Assembly (NCBI GenBank): GCA_964187785.1
Contig: OZ076409.1
Coordinates: forward strand, 61,134,001-61,198,000
Source: Amphiscolops sp. MND2022
Taxonomy: Eukaryota
Length of the DNA: 64,000 nt
Direction of reading: 5' to 3'
The translations under genes and the position numbers were made by a program. Below, piece after piece: positions 51,101 through 62,994 of this stretch. How positions within the stretch are numbered: position 1 is the first letter of the stretch; each line of letters opens with the position of its first letter. The notes under the pieces are model-generated. The model was not told the DNA's origin. It searched no databases and saw only the letters and a list, made by a program, of their open reading frames with translations.

Positions 51101-52729
51101 GAGTTCATATTTCATTGGCTTTATTGATGTTATATTTTGGTTGAACTGCTCTGTGTGACAAAACCCTACCTTTCTTGCTCTTCAGAAAACCATGTCTACT
51201 TGTAGTGCTGCGCGAAAAACTGAATCGTGGAAAGACTTCCTCTATTCTGATCCGGAGGGTTTCATTGTCCAGACCGTCAAATTCGCCAATGGAACGACTG
51301 GAAGAGGGCTTTTCGTGAAAAAGCAATTTGAAGCGCAAGAGTTTCTCCTGAGTTTTGGGGGGCCGAGGAGAGCAACTCAAGTCGCCAACTTTGACTACGT
51401 GATGGAAGTTCAGGAGGGAAAAGACACAGTGTTCATTGACACTTCCGATGAGACGAACTCTGGCTTGGCGAGGTTTATCAACGACAAGGACAAATCAGTT
51501 GCCGCCAACTGTCGAATGAAAAAGGTTCATGACGACGAGGGCAGACCACATTGCATCTTCCTGGCAACTCGTGTTATTCTTCCAGGTCAGTTTAATTTTT
51601 CAAATTGTGGAACAATCTTCTGTAATGTTTCCCAGAATTCTCAAGTAATTGAAACCCAGATTTAGTTGCTACCAAAAAAACAGTCAAAATGACAGTCAGA
51701 AATGTTTTGAGAAATCAGTGACAGTGTTCGAATGTAAAAGACTTAAACTTAGCACCTTAAACGTTCATATTGGAAACTAATTTCATTTTGACAGTTTGAG
51801 ATTCAAATACAAATTTTGTTCAAACTATGTCCTTCAAACGCAAATTTTCTTCGCCTTAAAATTTAAAAGAATAACTTTCAACTGACAGGTAGCGGCCCCT
51901 TGAGGAGGATTGAACACATGGTCCCTTACTTCCATACTTTTGACACATGACCACGCTCTAGTAACTTTTCAATTCCCACAAAGTATGTCCCACTAATTGA
52001 TTCCGAATAGTTTATCGATTGAAAAAAGTGCTAAAAATTAAGATAGAGTATAGTTATCCGCCTGTCAGGTGTTGGGTGGTGAATGAACCAAGTTGAGAAC
52101 TTGCCATACAAGCTGTTGATTTGAGTTTGATCAGGAGGGGGACAACCACTTATTTACTTGGCGAATAGAAACAAACAAGATTGCGGTTAAAGTCCCATCA
52201 ATGCTTAGTAAATTAGTTTCAGGTCCCACCGAGTGCATTTTCGAAAACGTCCTATTTATTTTTTAAACAAAAATAAGCGAAGCGTCAATAAACCCTGCCA
52301 TCCCCATGGGGTGTTGGGTGGTGAATGAACCAAGTTGAGAGCTTTGCATACAAGCTGGCAATTAGGAGAGAGCAATCAGTAAATTACTTGGTGATTGAAA
52401 ACAAACACGACTGCGTTAAAAAGTCCCATCGATGCTTAGTAAAGTACAGGGTAAGGCCACACCAAGTGCAATTTGAAAAACGTTCTATTTATATTTCAAA
52501 CATATTGTTCTTGCATATAAAATCGCGTTTTCTGTTCGTTTTTGGTACTGTCGCGGAGCCCAAGTTAACTTCTAATTAGGCCCTTTTGAACGTTTTTTGG
52601 TTTTTTCTTTGGAAAATAGGATTATCATGGGTCAACATTGAGCATTAGAGCGGATGTTTTGCAGCAAAGAGCCATATATAACGTTGAAAAATACCTTTCG
52701 TGTAACTACAGGGAATGAAAAATAATGTT

Positions 52730-53155
52730 TAAGTTCGACCAAGTGGTAATGAAGCTCAAACACCGGGCGTTGCTATTTTAAAACACAAACTAGTAGTGTT
52801 TATGTTCGACCAAGTCCCCATAAAATTCAAACACCGGGCGTTGCTATTTTAACCAGGTAGTGATAAGTAGTAGTGTTTATGTTCGACTAAGTCGTTATAG
52901 AATTCAAACAACGGGCGTTGCTATTTTAACCAGGTAGTAAAAAGTAGTAGTGTTTATGTTCGACTAAGTCGTTATAGAATTCAAACACCGGGCGTTGCTA
53001 TTTTAACCAGGTAGTAAAAAGTAGTAGTGTTTATGTTCGACTAAGTCGTTATAGAATTCAAGCACCGGGCGTTGCTATTTTAACCCGATAGTGAAAAATA
53101 GTGTTCATGTTCGACCAAGTCGTGAAAAAATTCACGAACACCGGGCGTTGCTTGG
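52730..53155. repeat. About 77-bp satellite, 6 copies, combining GTTCGACCAAGT and CACCGGGCGTTGC
   Basis: Cores near 52760, 52831, 52908, 52985, 53062, 53139. Confidence 0.9.
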
Positions 53156-55754
53156 AATAGAGTCCACGAGCTGTATAAGTTTTTTCTGTCCTTTCCACTG
53201 GCACATGAAAAATCATTTATATTATTATAAATGGACATCACTGCTTTCCAGATGCCAGATTGTTTCATTATACGGAATGTATATAAACATCTCAGTTGGG
53301 ATAACTCACTAACACAGGGCGTTGATATTCCAATCACTTTTGGCAAAAGTTCCAGGGATGAGTAAGTACATAATTTGATAGGCTCAAATCAAGTTCCCTA
53401 TTTGAGAGGTGTTCAAGTTTCTCGATTCCAGGTGACGTCTTTAAACCAGGATGGGGCTTAGCATAAATCCCAAATCTTATCCATAATTTCTAAATTGCAT
53501 GACATTGAGCAAAATTGTTTTCAAACGGTGAATTCCCAAATAGCATAAGAGCAAATAAAAACACGAGAAAGTTTTAGTGTTCAACATTATAGAAAATTCA
53601 AAGGATTCACTGAAAAAAGTATTAAAAATTACAGATAAAATTACGTGAGTTCAAATGTTCAACCAAGTATTCAGTTTGATTTTTATTTTATAAGAAATTA
53701 ATTTCAATTTAATGTTATTTGAAACTAATTTTGTTTTTGTTATTTGCTCTTGTTATTTGGTACGTAATCTTTTTAAACAATCCCTCGAAATGGACTTTTT
53801 CTGGTAACCGCCAGAATTTTGGCCGTTTCCCTAAACGTTGAAATTTAGTAAGCTTTTCATTGCGCCAAAAACGTTTATTAAACGCTTCTGATTGGTTGAA
53901 AATTGAATTAGGGAAAAAACAAAGTGATTGAGTTTGTGTGCTAAACACCAATGAACTATTTATGATAATGTAATCAGCTATGTTCTTATGCACCTAGTAT
54001 GCACTTAAGTGCAGCAAGGCAGCGAAGCGGAGAGACAATACATTACTTGGCAAGCAGCCCGTTTTGACAAAAACCGACATGAAGTGGCGCGAAGGGCTGC
54101 CGCGGAATGACGGTCGACTCCAGCAAAAAATTGAAAATATTTGCTAAATTCAAATTTTTGGCGCAATGCAGAAAAATTGAATTAGTGTAACGCAATCGTT
54201 ATTGGCATTGGACCATCGTATCCATCTATTTGCATATACTGTAACGAGCTGTCCCCAAAAGATGAGCTCGACAATCGCGCGATAGCGGGATTGTCCACAA
54301 TACTAACAACACTAACATAAGATAGAACCTTTGAAGTTAAAACAACCAATTACTTTACCAAAAATATACCTTTGTGCGAACGCGTTTCAAAATACCGCAG
54401 CTTTTTTGCCTAAAATTACAAAGTTCAACAACAAATAAGTTAAGAGAGTGCCAGAAATACGAAACATCAAGGGAAGTTTTAGAACTTTTGGTATCTCTGA
54501 AAATGTTTCATTGGAATTTCTGCAACAAGAGTTCCAAAATTAGAACAATGGTAACTTCGAAAAAAGTTTATCAAGTTAGCATTTTTTCCAACCATCACAT
54601 TGTTGAAAAAATATCCGTGAAAATTGTTTCGTTAACCATTTGCCCCCAAGTCTGAGGATGCCAGTACCATTAGATTGAACAAAAAATTGGTTTCGAAAAA
54701 TTGACATTTTTTTAATTACAAGATATACATTGGTGGGTCTCAGCGACAACAGTAGCAACGCGTGGTGCTTGAACATCATGATCAATCAAGTGCAAGTCCG
54801 ACCATGTGCTTGTAAAATCAGTCATGTCCTACCAAGTGCGAGTCGACCTTGTGACTGTAAAAACACGACGACAAATTTTACTAACTGCCAGTCCGAACAT
54901 CTGCTAGTAAGAAACAGCATCATACTGAGTCCGTTTTACATGAATCGAAATACATTGTCCAAAAATAGAATAAGTTTTGATATAATTCAGAAATATTTTT
55001 GACTCATTTGAAAATTTTCATAGTTTCAATTTTGAAAGAAAAATTTTGATAGATTTCGAAGCGCCAAAAAATGAAACTGGAGAAAACAACAATATAATAT
55101 TGTCACCAGCGGGTAGCAAAAAACTTTTTACGTGGGCACAGGAAAATTGATATCTAGTTTTAGAAAATGGAATAAGGGGAAGCTTAAAAGGAACACAAGT
55201 GTTTTTCTTCGCAGATAAAGAAATGAGTTTTACTTGAAAAATTCACGTGCAACCTTGTTTAAGGAGAAGAGCTGCGATATGATTATGGCTTCCCAAATGC
55301 CGAGTAGCGAAAAAACACCGCGGTTCCCGAAAGTGAGACACCAGTTAATTTGGAAAACCCAAATTCTACAATAGAACTCGTGGTTGCAACGGCACAAATG
55401 CTTACACTTACCGAAAATGAAATGAGGTTAACTGCAGCCGGACAAGCGCCATGCGAAGAATACGTTACAAACAAATCAGCTGTTACAAAGGAAGAGTTGT
55501 CGAAGCCGAAGACCAGAAGTAGAGTTGTTTTAAAACACCAGGTCCAGAAAATAGAAACGTCAAAACCAGAATCGAAAGCCAACATTACACAGAATATTGA
55601 TTCCGAATCAAAAACCGAAGATGAGAAGTCGGAACAGACAGCCGGTGTAGTAAAAGGTTTCTCGAAATGCGTGGTGGCACTCAGAGCAACTGCCTCAGGA
55701 AAGGATGATTCAAAACAACCAACTACAATTGGAGTAGCCGAGGCAGCTGTCGTA

Positions 55755-57035
55755 AAAAAACTTGAAGCCATGCCAGCTGTCGCAAAGAAAGTTGCTCCTA
55801 TGTCACCAACTAAAAGTGGAGAAGCCAAGCCAGCTGTCGGAGAGAAAGTTGCTCCTAAGTCACCAACTAAAAGTGCAGAAGCCAAGCCAGCTGTCGGAAA
55901 GAAAGTTGCTCCGAAGTCACCAGCTAAAAGGGGAGAAGCCAAGCAAGCTGCCGGAGAGAAACTTACTTCAAAACCACCTGCTAAAAGTGGAGAAGCCAAG
56001 CCAGCTGTCGGAGAGAAACTTGCTTCAAAACCACCAGCTAAAAGTGGAGAAGACATAACAGCTGTCGGAGAGATAGTTGTTTCGGAACCATCAGCTAAAA
56101 GTGGAGAAGCCAAGCCAGCTGCCGGGGAGAAACTTACTTCAAAACCACCTGCTAAAAGTGGAGAAGCCAAGCCAGCTGTCGGAGAGAAACTTACTTCAAA
56201 ACCACCTGCTAAAAGTGGAGAAGCCAAGCCAGCTGTCGGAGAGAAACTTGCTTCAAAACCACCAGCTAAAAGTGGAGAAGACATAACAGCTGTCGGAGAG
56301 ATAGTTGTTTCGGAACCATCAGCTAAACCTGGAGAAGCCAAGCCAGCTGCCGTAGAGAAACTTACTTCAAATCCTCAAGCTAAAAGTGGAGAAGCCAAGC
56401 CAGCTGTCGGAGAGAAAGGTGCTCAGAAACCACCTGCTAAAACTGGAGGAACCAAGCCAGCTGTCGGAGAGAAACTTGCTCAGAAACCACCAGCTAAAAG
56501 TGGAGAAACCAGGCCAGCTGTCGGCGAGATAGTTGTTCCGAAACTACCAGCTAAAACTGGAGAAGCCAAGCCAGCTGCCGGAGAGAAAGTTGCTCAGAAA
56601 CCACCCGCTAAAAGTGGAGAAGCCAGGCCAGCTGTCGGCGAGATAGTTGTTCCGGAACCACCAGCCAAACCTGGAGAAGCCAAGCCAGTTGTCGGAGAGA
56701 AACTTGCTCAGAAACCACCAGCTAAAAGTGGAGAAGCCAAGCCAGCTGTCGGAGAGAAAGTTGCTCAGAAACCAACAGCTAAAAGTGGAGAAGCCAAGCC
56801 AGCTGTTGGCAAGATAGTTGTTCCGGAACCACCAGCCAAACCTGGAGAAGCCAAGCCAGCTGCCGGAGAGAAAGTTGCTCAGAAACCACCAGCTAAAACT
56901 GGAGAAGCCAAGCCAGTTGTCGGAGAGAAACTTGCTCAGAAAGGAGCAGCTAAAAGTGGAGAAGCCAAGCCAGCTGTCGGCGAGATAGTTGTTCCGAAAC
57001 CACCAGCTAAAAGTGGAGAAGCCAAGCCAGATGTT
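55755..57035 (+). repeat. 57-bp coding minisatellite (19-aa KSGEAKPAVGEKLAQKPPA), about 22 copies
   Basis: Exact 57-nt period within exon 2 of the SET-YR gene. Confidence 0.92.
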
Positions 57036-59575
57036 GCTGATGAACATGCTTCGGAACTGGCATCTGTCATTGACGCGAATGAGCCGTCCGTCGCAGCGTT
57101 GTCTTCTAAAAGTGGACCAGTGAGATCATCAACCATTTGCGGAGCATCAAGACCAGCTGAACCGCTTCAACAACCAACAGCAAGTGGAGATAAAAAAGGC
57201 TGTCAAAAAGCCGACCCTGACATCAACGAAACAGCCGCAAGCCAAGAAGCCGAAGAACATAGACTCAGCTATCGAGGAATCTGTTCAAAGGTTGACGACA
57301 AACAAATACCAGAAAAAGGAAGAAAGTTCTTCAACTCCGGATACTTCTCTACCTCACAAAGTAAACCTAGTTTTCTTTTGGTTCACTTTCCTTGATAAAA
57401 ACCACAAAAGTTTTTCAGTAGTCGTTTTTCGTCTCGCATAAAAGTTCATCACATTTGGTCGAACATACGTCGCATGTTCGACCTAGCTCTCCAAAATTCA
57501 GAATGCCGGAGCCCCTTGGTTTCTTTCGTGAGACGTCTACTGGTCAAAAAACAATTGTAGAAAAAAGATGTTTTGGAATAAAGCGAAAATTAATTGAAGG
57601 CGGAGTTTCTAAGGTTTTGCTAATGAAAATTGCTGTTTTTCTGTTGAAGTTTTACCGAAAACATTTCAATTGGTTGATAGTGATCTTCAACTTAGTGTGT
57701 TGTTTTGCAGTTGACACCCAGGAAGGGAACAACCAGAGCTGTAAAACTGCTCGCCAAGGGCCGTCAATACCTACAGCCGAAACCGGAAGCTGAAGAAAGC
57801 GAAGAATCCGTCTCCGAACAATGCTCAAGCGACGAAGAATCGCAGCCCCCATGTTCCAGTGGAACAACTGAAGATTCTAGTAAAGATTCGTCCACCTCGT
57901 CGAGCGATCGATTCACTCCCGGAAGTGATGATGACACGGACGATGAGGATGTGAGCAGCGAATACCCATCGGAAGATGAGCCATTGGAACGAACAAGATC
58001 AAAAACGAAGAAATGCGGTCCTCTGGTTGGAATAACCAAAGAAGTTGTTTTGGATGCAGAAGGTATCAGTCAGATTAGTGAAAGTTCTTACAAGTCAGCT
58101 ACAACTTCAACGGATACCCAAGAAATGGACGATCAGGAAATGGAACTTGTAATGGAGAAGTACGTCCAAAAAACAGGACAATGCCAATTCAATGCTAAAT
58201 TTCTTCGGAAGATCAAAATTCAAGTCGCCCTGAATAAACACAGAAAAACAAAATGTTGTCCTTACTGTCCCTTCACTGAACCAGAAAATGCCACTATGGT
58301 GCAAAAACTGACACGTCATGTGGATAAATTTCATCGCAAAGAACTCCGAGTTTTAAACCTTCAAAGGATTAACAAGGAAATTGAGGATCTTGAAGAAGGC
58401 AGGGAAACTGTTCAAACTGAGACCGAACTTAAAAAACTGAGGAGAGAGAAGGACAATCTCACTCACTTGATTGTCTATGAAGGTCTCTATAAATACAACA
58501 TCGCTGTTTTCAAGAAGTGCAGCGAGACCCAAAACTTCGAGAGCAAATTGATTGTTGCCAGGGATCCAACTGTAGCTGAAAATCCATCTGCTTATGACTT
58601 TGCCCCTTGTCCAAGTTGTCTCGGTTTCTTCCAGAAAAAAACAATGTATCGACATAAAACAGATTGTCCAGCAAGTGGAAAGATAGCTTTGAGCAATACA
58701 GGAAAAAATATCAAGGCTGCTACATTTGCATTGATGCTCGAAGTGAAAGCTACCAAAGACACCCCATTTGAACAATATGTTTTCACACGAATGAGACATG
58801 ATGAATATGGGAATTTTGCAAGGCGTGATCCTCTGATACGATACCTTGGCCAGTGGTACTTCGATAAGAGAAAAGCTGACGAGGGTTACCTTCAAATCAA
58901 CGACAGAATGAGAACAATGGCCAAGCTTGTACACAAACTCAATTGCTCATACTTGATTGAAGTCATTAATCCCGAAATGTGGCCAAGAGTGAAAGAAGCT
59001 GTTATGACATTCGAAAAGTCCTACAGGATTAAAATGGGATCAATTCTGAAAACAGCTGCTCAGTTCTTACGCAACCAGGCTTGGATGTGGAAAAAGAAGT
59101 CAATATCGGAAACAGCAAGAGAGTTCTTGAAAATTCTAGATAGTGAGTGGGCAGCAATTTCGGCACCAGCAAAATATGAGTTAGTTTTTTCTTTTTTAAC
59201 ACTTCATGTCACCACGAAAAACGTCTCATACTGACTTTCAAATTCAACAAAAACAAAGAAAAATGATTTTGCACTTCAGAAAAATGCAGATGTACGTCGT
59301 TTGACAACTTTTTAATTTTTGTAGTATCTTTCATTTAATTCCGTTCTCGCTACTATGCCTGAGCGGATGTCGCGCCCTTAAGCGTCAAATTGACAATGTT
59401 GAGTCTTCCATTGCGGCAACAGTGCAGGAGGGAAGCTGTCGTGAATTATGACAATCCCACGTGGGTGCATATCCGGATAGCATCAACTTTTTTTCAATGT
59501 TTTCAGCTTTAATTCCGTATTTCCAAAATGAGTTTTTTTTCATATTGGCCTTGTATGTTTTGATTGTTTTAACAG

Positions 59576-60350
59576 GATGCTGAAGAAACAGAACGAGTCG
59601 ACACACCTTGTCATTCCAACTTCGGATATGATGCGCTTCGGAGAAAAGATTGGGGCAAAAATTTCGGGTTTGCTGGCCAAAACGACTCACAACTACGCCG
59701 AAATGAAACAAATCGTGATTGCTGATCTTGTCAGTTTTAATAAGAAGCGAGATCGCGAAGTTTCGGGTGTAACACGAAAAGACATGATTCTCCAAAGGAA
59801 TCTGGCTTTACAGAGGGCACAAACAACGGATTACGAACTTTTTAAGCTCACAGAAGTTGAAATGATGTTCGCAAAGTACTACACGTTGCTGCGACTGCCT
59901 GGGAAAGGTGGAAAATTTGTTCCCGTTTTGATTCCACCGAAAACACTAGAAGTGATAGACATCATGAATAATGACGATAAGCTGAAAAGTGACAACTACT
60001 TCTTCCAAACAGAGGGAGGCGAACAATTCTACAGAAGCATAGATGTTTTGAGGAAATACGCTGAAGAGTTTAAGCTGCAAGACAAAAAAGTGTTCCGATC
60101 TACAAAGCTCCGCAAGTATCTTGCCACTGCAGCCCAGTTCTTGGATTTACCACAAAACCAAAGAGTTTGGGTGGCCGACTTCCTGGGACACGACCTGAAT
60201 GTTCACGACAAGTACTACAGGATGCACACTGATGCTGTAAACCTGGCAAAAATGACCAAACTATTATACATTGCGGACAAAGGCAAGGTCAAAGACGCCT
60301 ATCTAGAGAACCTTGACACACACCAGCCGACTTTGAATCTTGACGATTCG
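59576..60350 (+). CDS. Tyrosine recombinase catalytic-domain exon
   Basis: R (FNKKRDREV), K (PGKGG), TKLR in place of HxLR, H (FLGHD), Y (HDKYYR); no lesion in this exon. Confidence 0.88.
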
Positions 60351-62186
60351 GTGAGAATTTCTACTAATTTGACTTCAAATACTATTGCGAATAGGTTGAT
60401 AAGTTTGAATTCCAATTTTAATTTTTTTTCAATAATTTTAAAAGCTTCAGTTGAAATAGCAACGCCCGGTGTTTGAGAATACTTTTCACTTCGAATAGAA
60501 TTAACAATTAAAAAAGTGTCGGAGTTCAGTTTTTTGAATTCTTTGTTGAATTAGCAACGCCCGGTGTTTGAGAATACTGATTTCTCTTCGAATTGAATTA
60601 ACAATTGAACAAGTGTCGGAATTTAGTTTCTTGAGTTCTTTGTTGAAATAGTAGCATACGGTGTTTGAGAAGTTTGCTCTTCGAAAAGCTGCAAAGCAAA
60701 ATCACGTCTTCGTGTCATAATTTCCCCAAATTTTGAACTTTCCAGGATGCAGGTGAAGAAGTAGAAACTCCTGCTGATTCAAATCTTCCGAGTTCCTTGA
60801 AGGCGACTCCAAGCCGCAGCACATCACAACGAACCAAAGAGAAAGGGAAGAAGGATGAGTCTGATGAAGATGACGATGACGATGACGACAACAACGACAA
60901 GGAAGAAAAGTCAGACGATGACGCTTCATTCCAAGCAGATGAAGTTTCCCATGGTTCTGAGGAAGAACCCGAACAAAGAAGGCCCAAGAAAAAGAAGAGA
61001 ACAACTGCTGGAAGGCCAAAAGGTGCCACCAGACGACAATGGCCGAAAGATCAAGAAAAGGCGTTGAGAAAGGAATTTCGAAAAGAAATGATGGAAGGGC
61101 GTCTGCCCGGTCAAGATGTCTGTTTGGAAGCAATGAAGAGGTATCCTCATGCACAAAAGTGGCAAGATTTCAAGGACAAAGTGAGGAATATGCAGGTCAG
61201 CGATGCCAGAAAATGAAAACTGTTGGAAATTTCAAAGACTTTCAGTTCAAAACTTTTTTATTTTTAGGAAATGGTATTTATATCGACAATTTTTATATTT
61301 TGTGAACGCTGAATTGACTTAACTGTTTTGAATTTTGAATTTTCTGACAGCTTGTTCAATAAATTTGAAATGTTTATCGGACTTTGTTGATAAAGTTATT
61401 GCTTCTGCTTATTCAGTTTTGTGTTTTCTGAATTCACTTTTGCGTCCAAATATTTCCTTATTTTGTTTAAGTTAGAAATAGTTTTATTTTGTTCCTAATG
61501 TGTTATCAGAGGTGTGGCAGCGATAGCGGTAGCGAAAATCCTGCATAAACTAGCGATATCGATAGTTAGCGACAATATAAAGCGTTAGCGGACACTTTTA
61601 TTCGCTTAAAGAATTGAAAATTAACGAATGCAATATTTTATTGCGAATAACTTGACTCACTCATCCTCACTTGACTCACTCATCTTATTGGCTTTGGCTT
61701 GGCTTTTAGTTTCTTTCGAACGGTTATTCAGTGTAAAGAACGCAAGACGAACTAGATTTTGCCCAAAAATTTTCAAATTTTGTTACTTTTAGAGTACAAT
61801 TCTGAAATTTTTATATCTATGTTGAAAATCAAGATTTTTTAATCAGCAATGGGGGAAGGTTTTAATAAAAGAATGCGTGCAAATTGCCTAACTTTCACAG
61901 CAACAGGTAGAACAAAAAACTATAATTCGTCATAGACTGATTAGAAAAGGAGCAAAAAAGCATGAAACCAGCTATTGCACAACACATTCAAGTTTGTGTT
62001 AATGTCCTACCAAGGCATGTGGCTTTTTCTATCTTTTGTAGTCTCAGACAGTCTAAGATAGAATGTGCATGTTCGACCGCTTTTATGTGAAGGTTCGACT
62101 GTTTTGTTTGACCGGTCAATTGTGAGTGTAAATGTTCGACCTTATGCGGATTGTGCTGGCAGACCGACCAAGTGCGGATTCTCACA

Positions 62187-62981
62187 CATGTGTGTGTAGT
62201 CCTGTGTGGAGCCTTGTGTGTAGTCCTGTGTGGAGCCTTGCGTGAAGCCCTGTAATTGATAGCGAGAGTATAATTCATTAATAAATTGATATCTGATTGA
62301 TTTTTTATCTCCATAATTTAGATCATATTTCATATCATTTAGGAAGATATAAATTGGGCCCCAACTATTTATTGGTTTGTCAAATTGTGTATTACTTATA
62401 AAATTTTGAAGATCTGGGTCATTTAGATTGTATGAATTCCCATTCTCGAAAGTCATTGTTAAACCTTTGATTAGTACTTGTTGTGGGTTATGAGGATTAA
62501 TTGTGAATAAATTTGCGGAGCTGTGTGCGGAGCTACGCGGATAACCTTCTATGGCTTCTAAACTAAATTGACTTTTGTTTTTGTCATTAAGTAAATTAGA
62601 AACTGTTTTTACAATACTAGAATCAACCTGGTTGGAATTAACAAGACTTGTAAGAAGCTGATTGTTATGATTTGTAATTTCATTATATTGTTTTATTCCT
62701 TCTGTAATAGAATTTTGAAGAGTATTATTATTGTGTTCTATTGCTCTTGTCTGATTTTCAATTGCCTGTGTAACCCCTTGGGTTTGTTTGTCAATGGCTT
62801 GTAGTTGTTTTTCATTTGATTCCACCTGCTTTGTAGTAACAGGTTCAAAAACTTCTTCCATATCGTAGTGGAAGTCTTGCTTCCCTAGTTTCTCTTTTAA
62901 TCTTTCTTTGTGTAGTAAAGATTTTGTTTCTTGTAATTTTTTTAATTTTTCCAAGTCATCTCGGGTGTGAATTGAATACAT
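62187..62981 (-). pseudogene. N-terminal part of the split Polinton gene
   Basis: TAAATG start, EEVFEPVT motif and coiled coil, ends in TQGSTQDY repeats at the insertion boundary. Confidence 0.8.
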
Positions 62982-62994
62982 TTATTAGGTATAA

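Larger units (their letters stand above)
51192..61216 (+). pseudogene. 5-exon SET methyltransferase / Ala-Lys-Pro repeat / tyrosine recombinase / Myb-like fusion (about 1734 aa), one stop and one frameshift
   Basis: Exons 51192-51585, 55264-57360, 57711-59179, 59576-60350, 60746-61216 with matching phases; SET GRGLF, GLARFIND, GEELRYDYG; YR FNKKR, GKGGKFVPVL, STKLRK, LGHD, HDKYYR; C-terminal W..DQEKAL..F...PG..C...WQDFKDKVRN; TAG 55305, extra A near 57195. Confidence 0.85.
29717..62184 (+). mobile_element. Giant (32,468 bp) tyrosine-recombinase (Crypton-like) element with chromatin-modifier cargo
   Basis: Perfect 21-bp inverted repeats TGAGAATCCGCACTTGGTCGG (29717-29737; 62164-62184); splits a Polinton ORF; YR gene near the right end; CATGTGT direct repeat just outside both ends. 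Confidence 0.85.

Noticed and set aside
31455..53155. Arrays with a constant core as CRISPR arrays
   Set aside because: Sequences between cores are near-identical within each array (satellites), no cas genes, eukaryotic context
50394..55307. Stop-codon readthrough or alternative code (Trp positions read TGA and TAG)
   Set aside because: Different stop codons and coexisting frameshifts point to ordinary decay or sequence error
55283..57047. Long minus-strand ORFs (352 and 167 aa)
   Set aside because: Shadows of the 57-bp coding minisatellite
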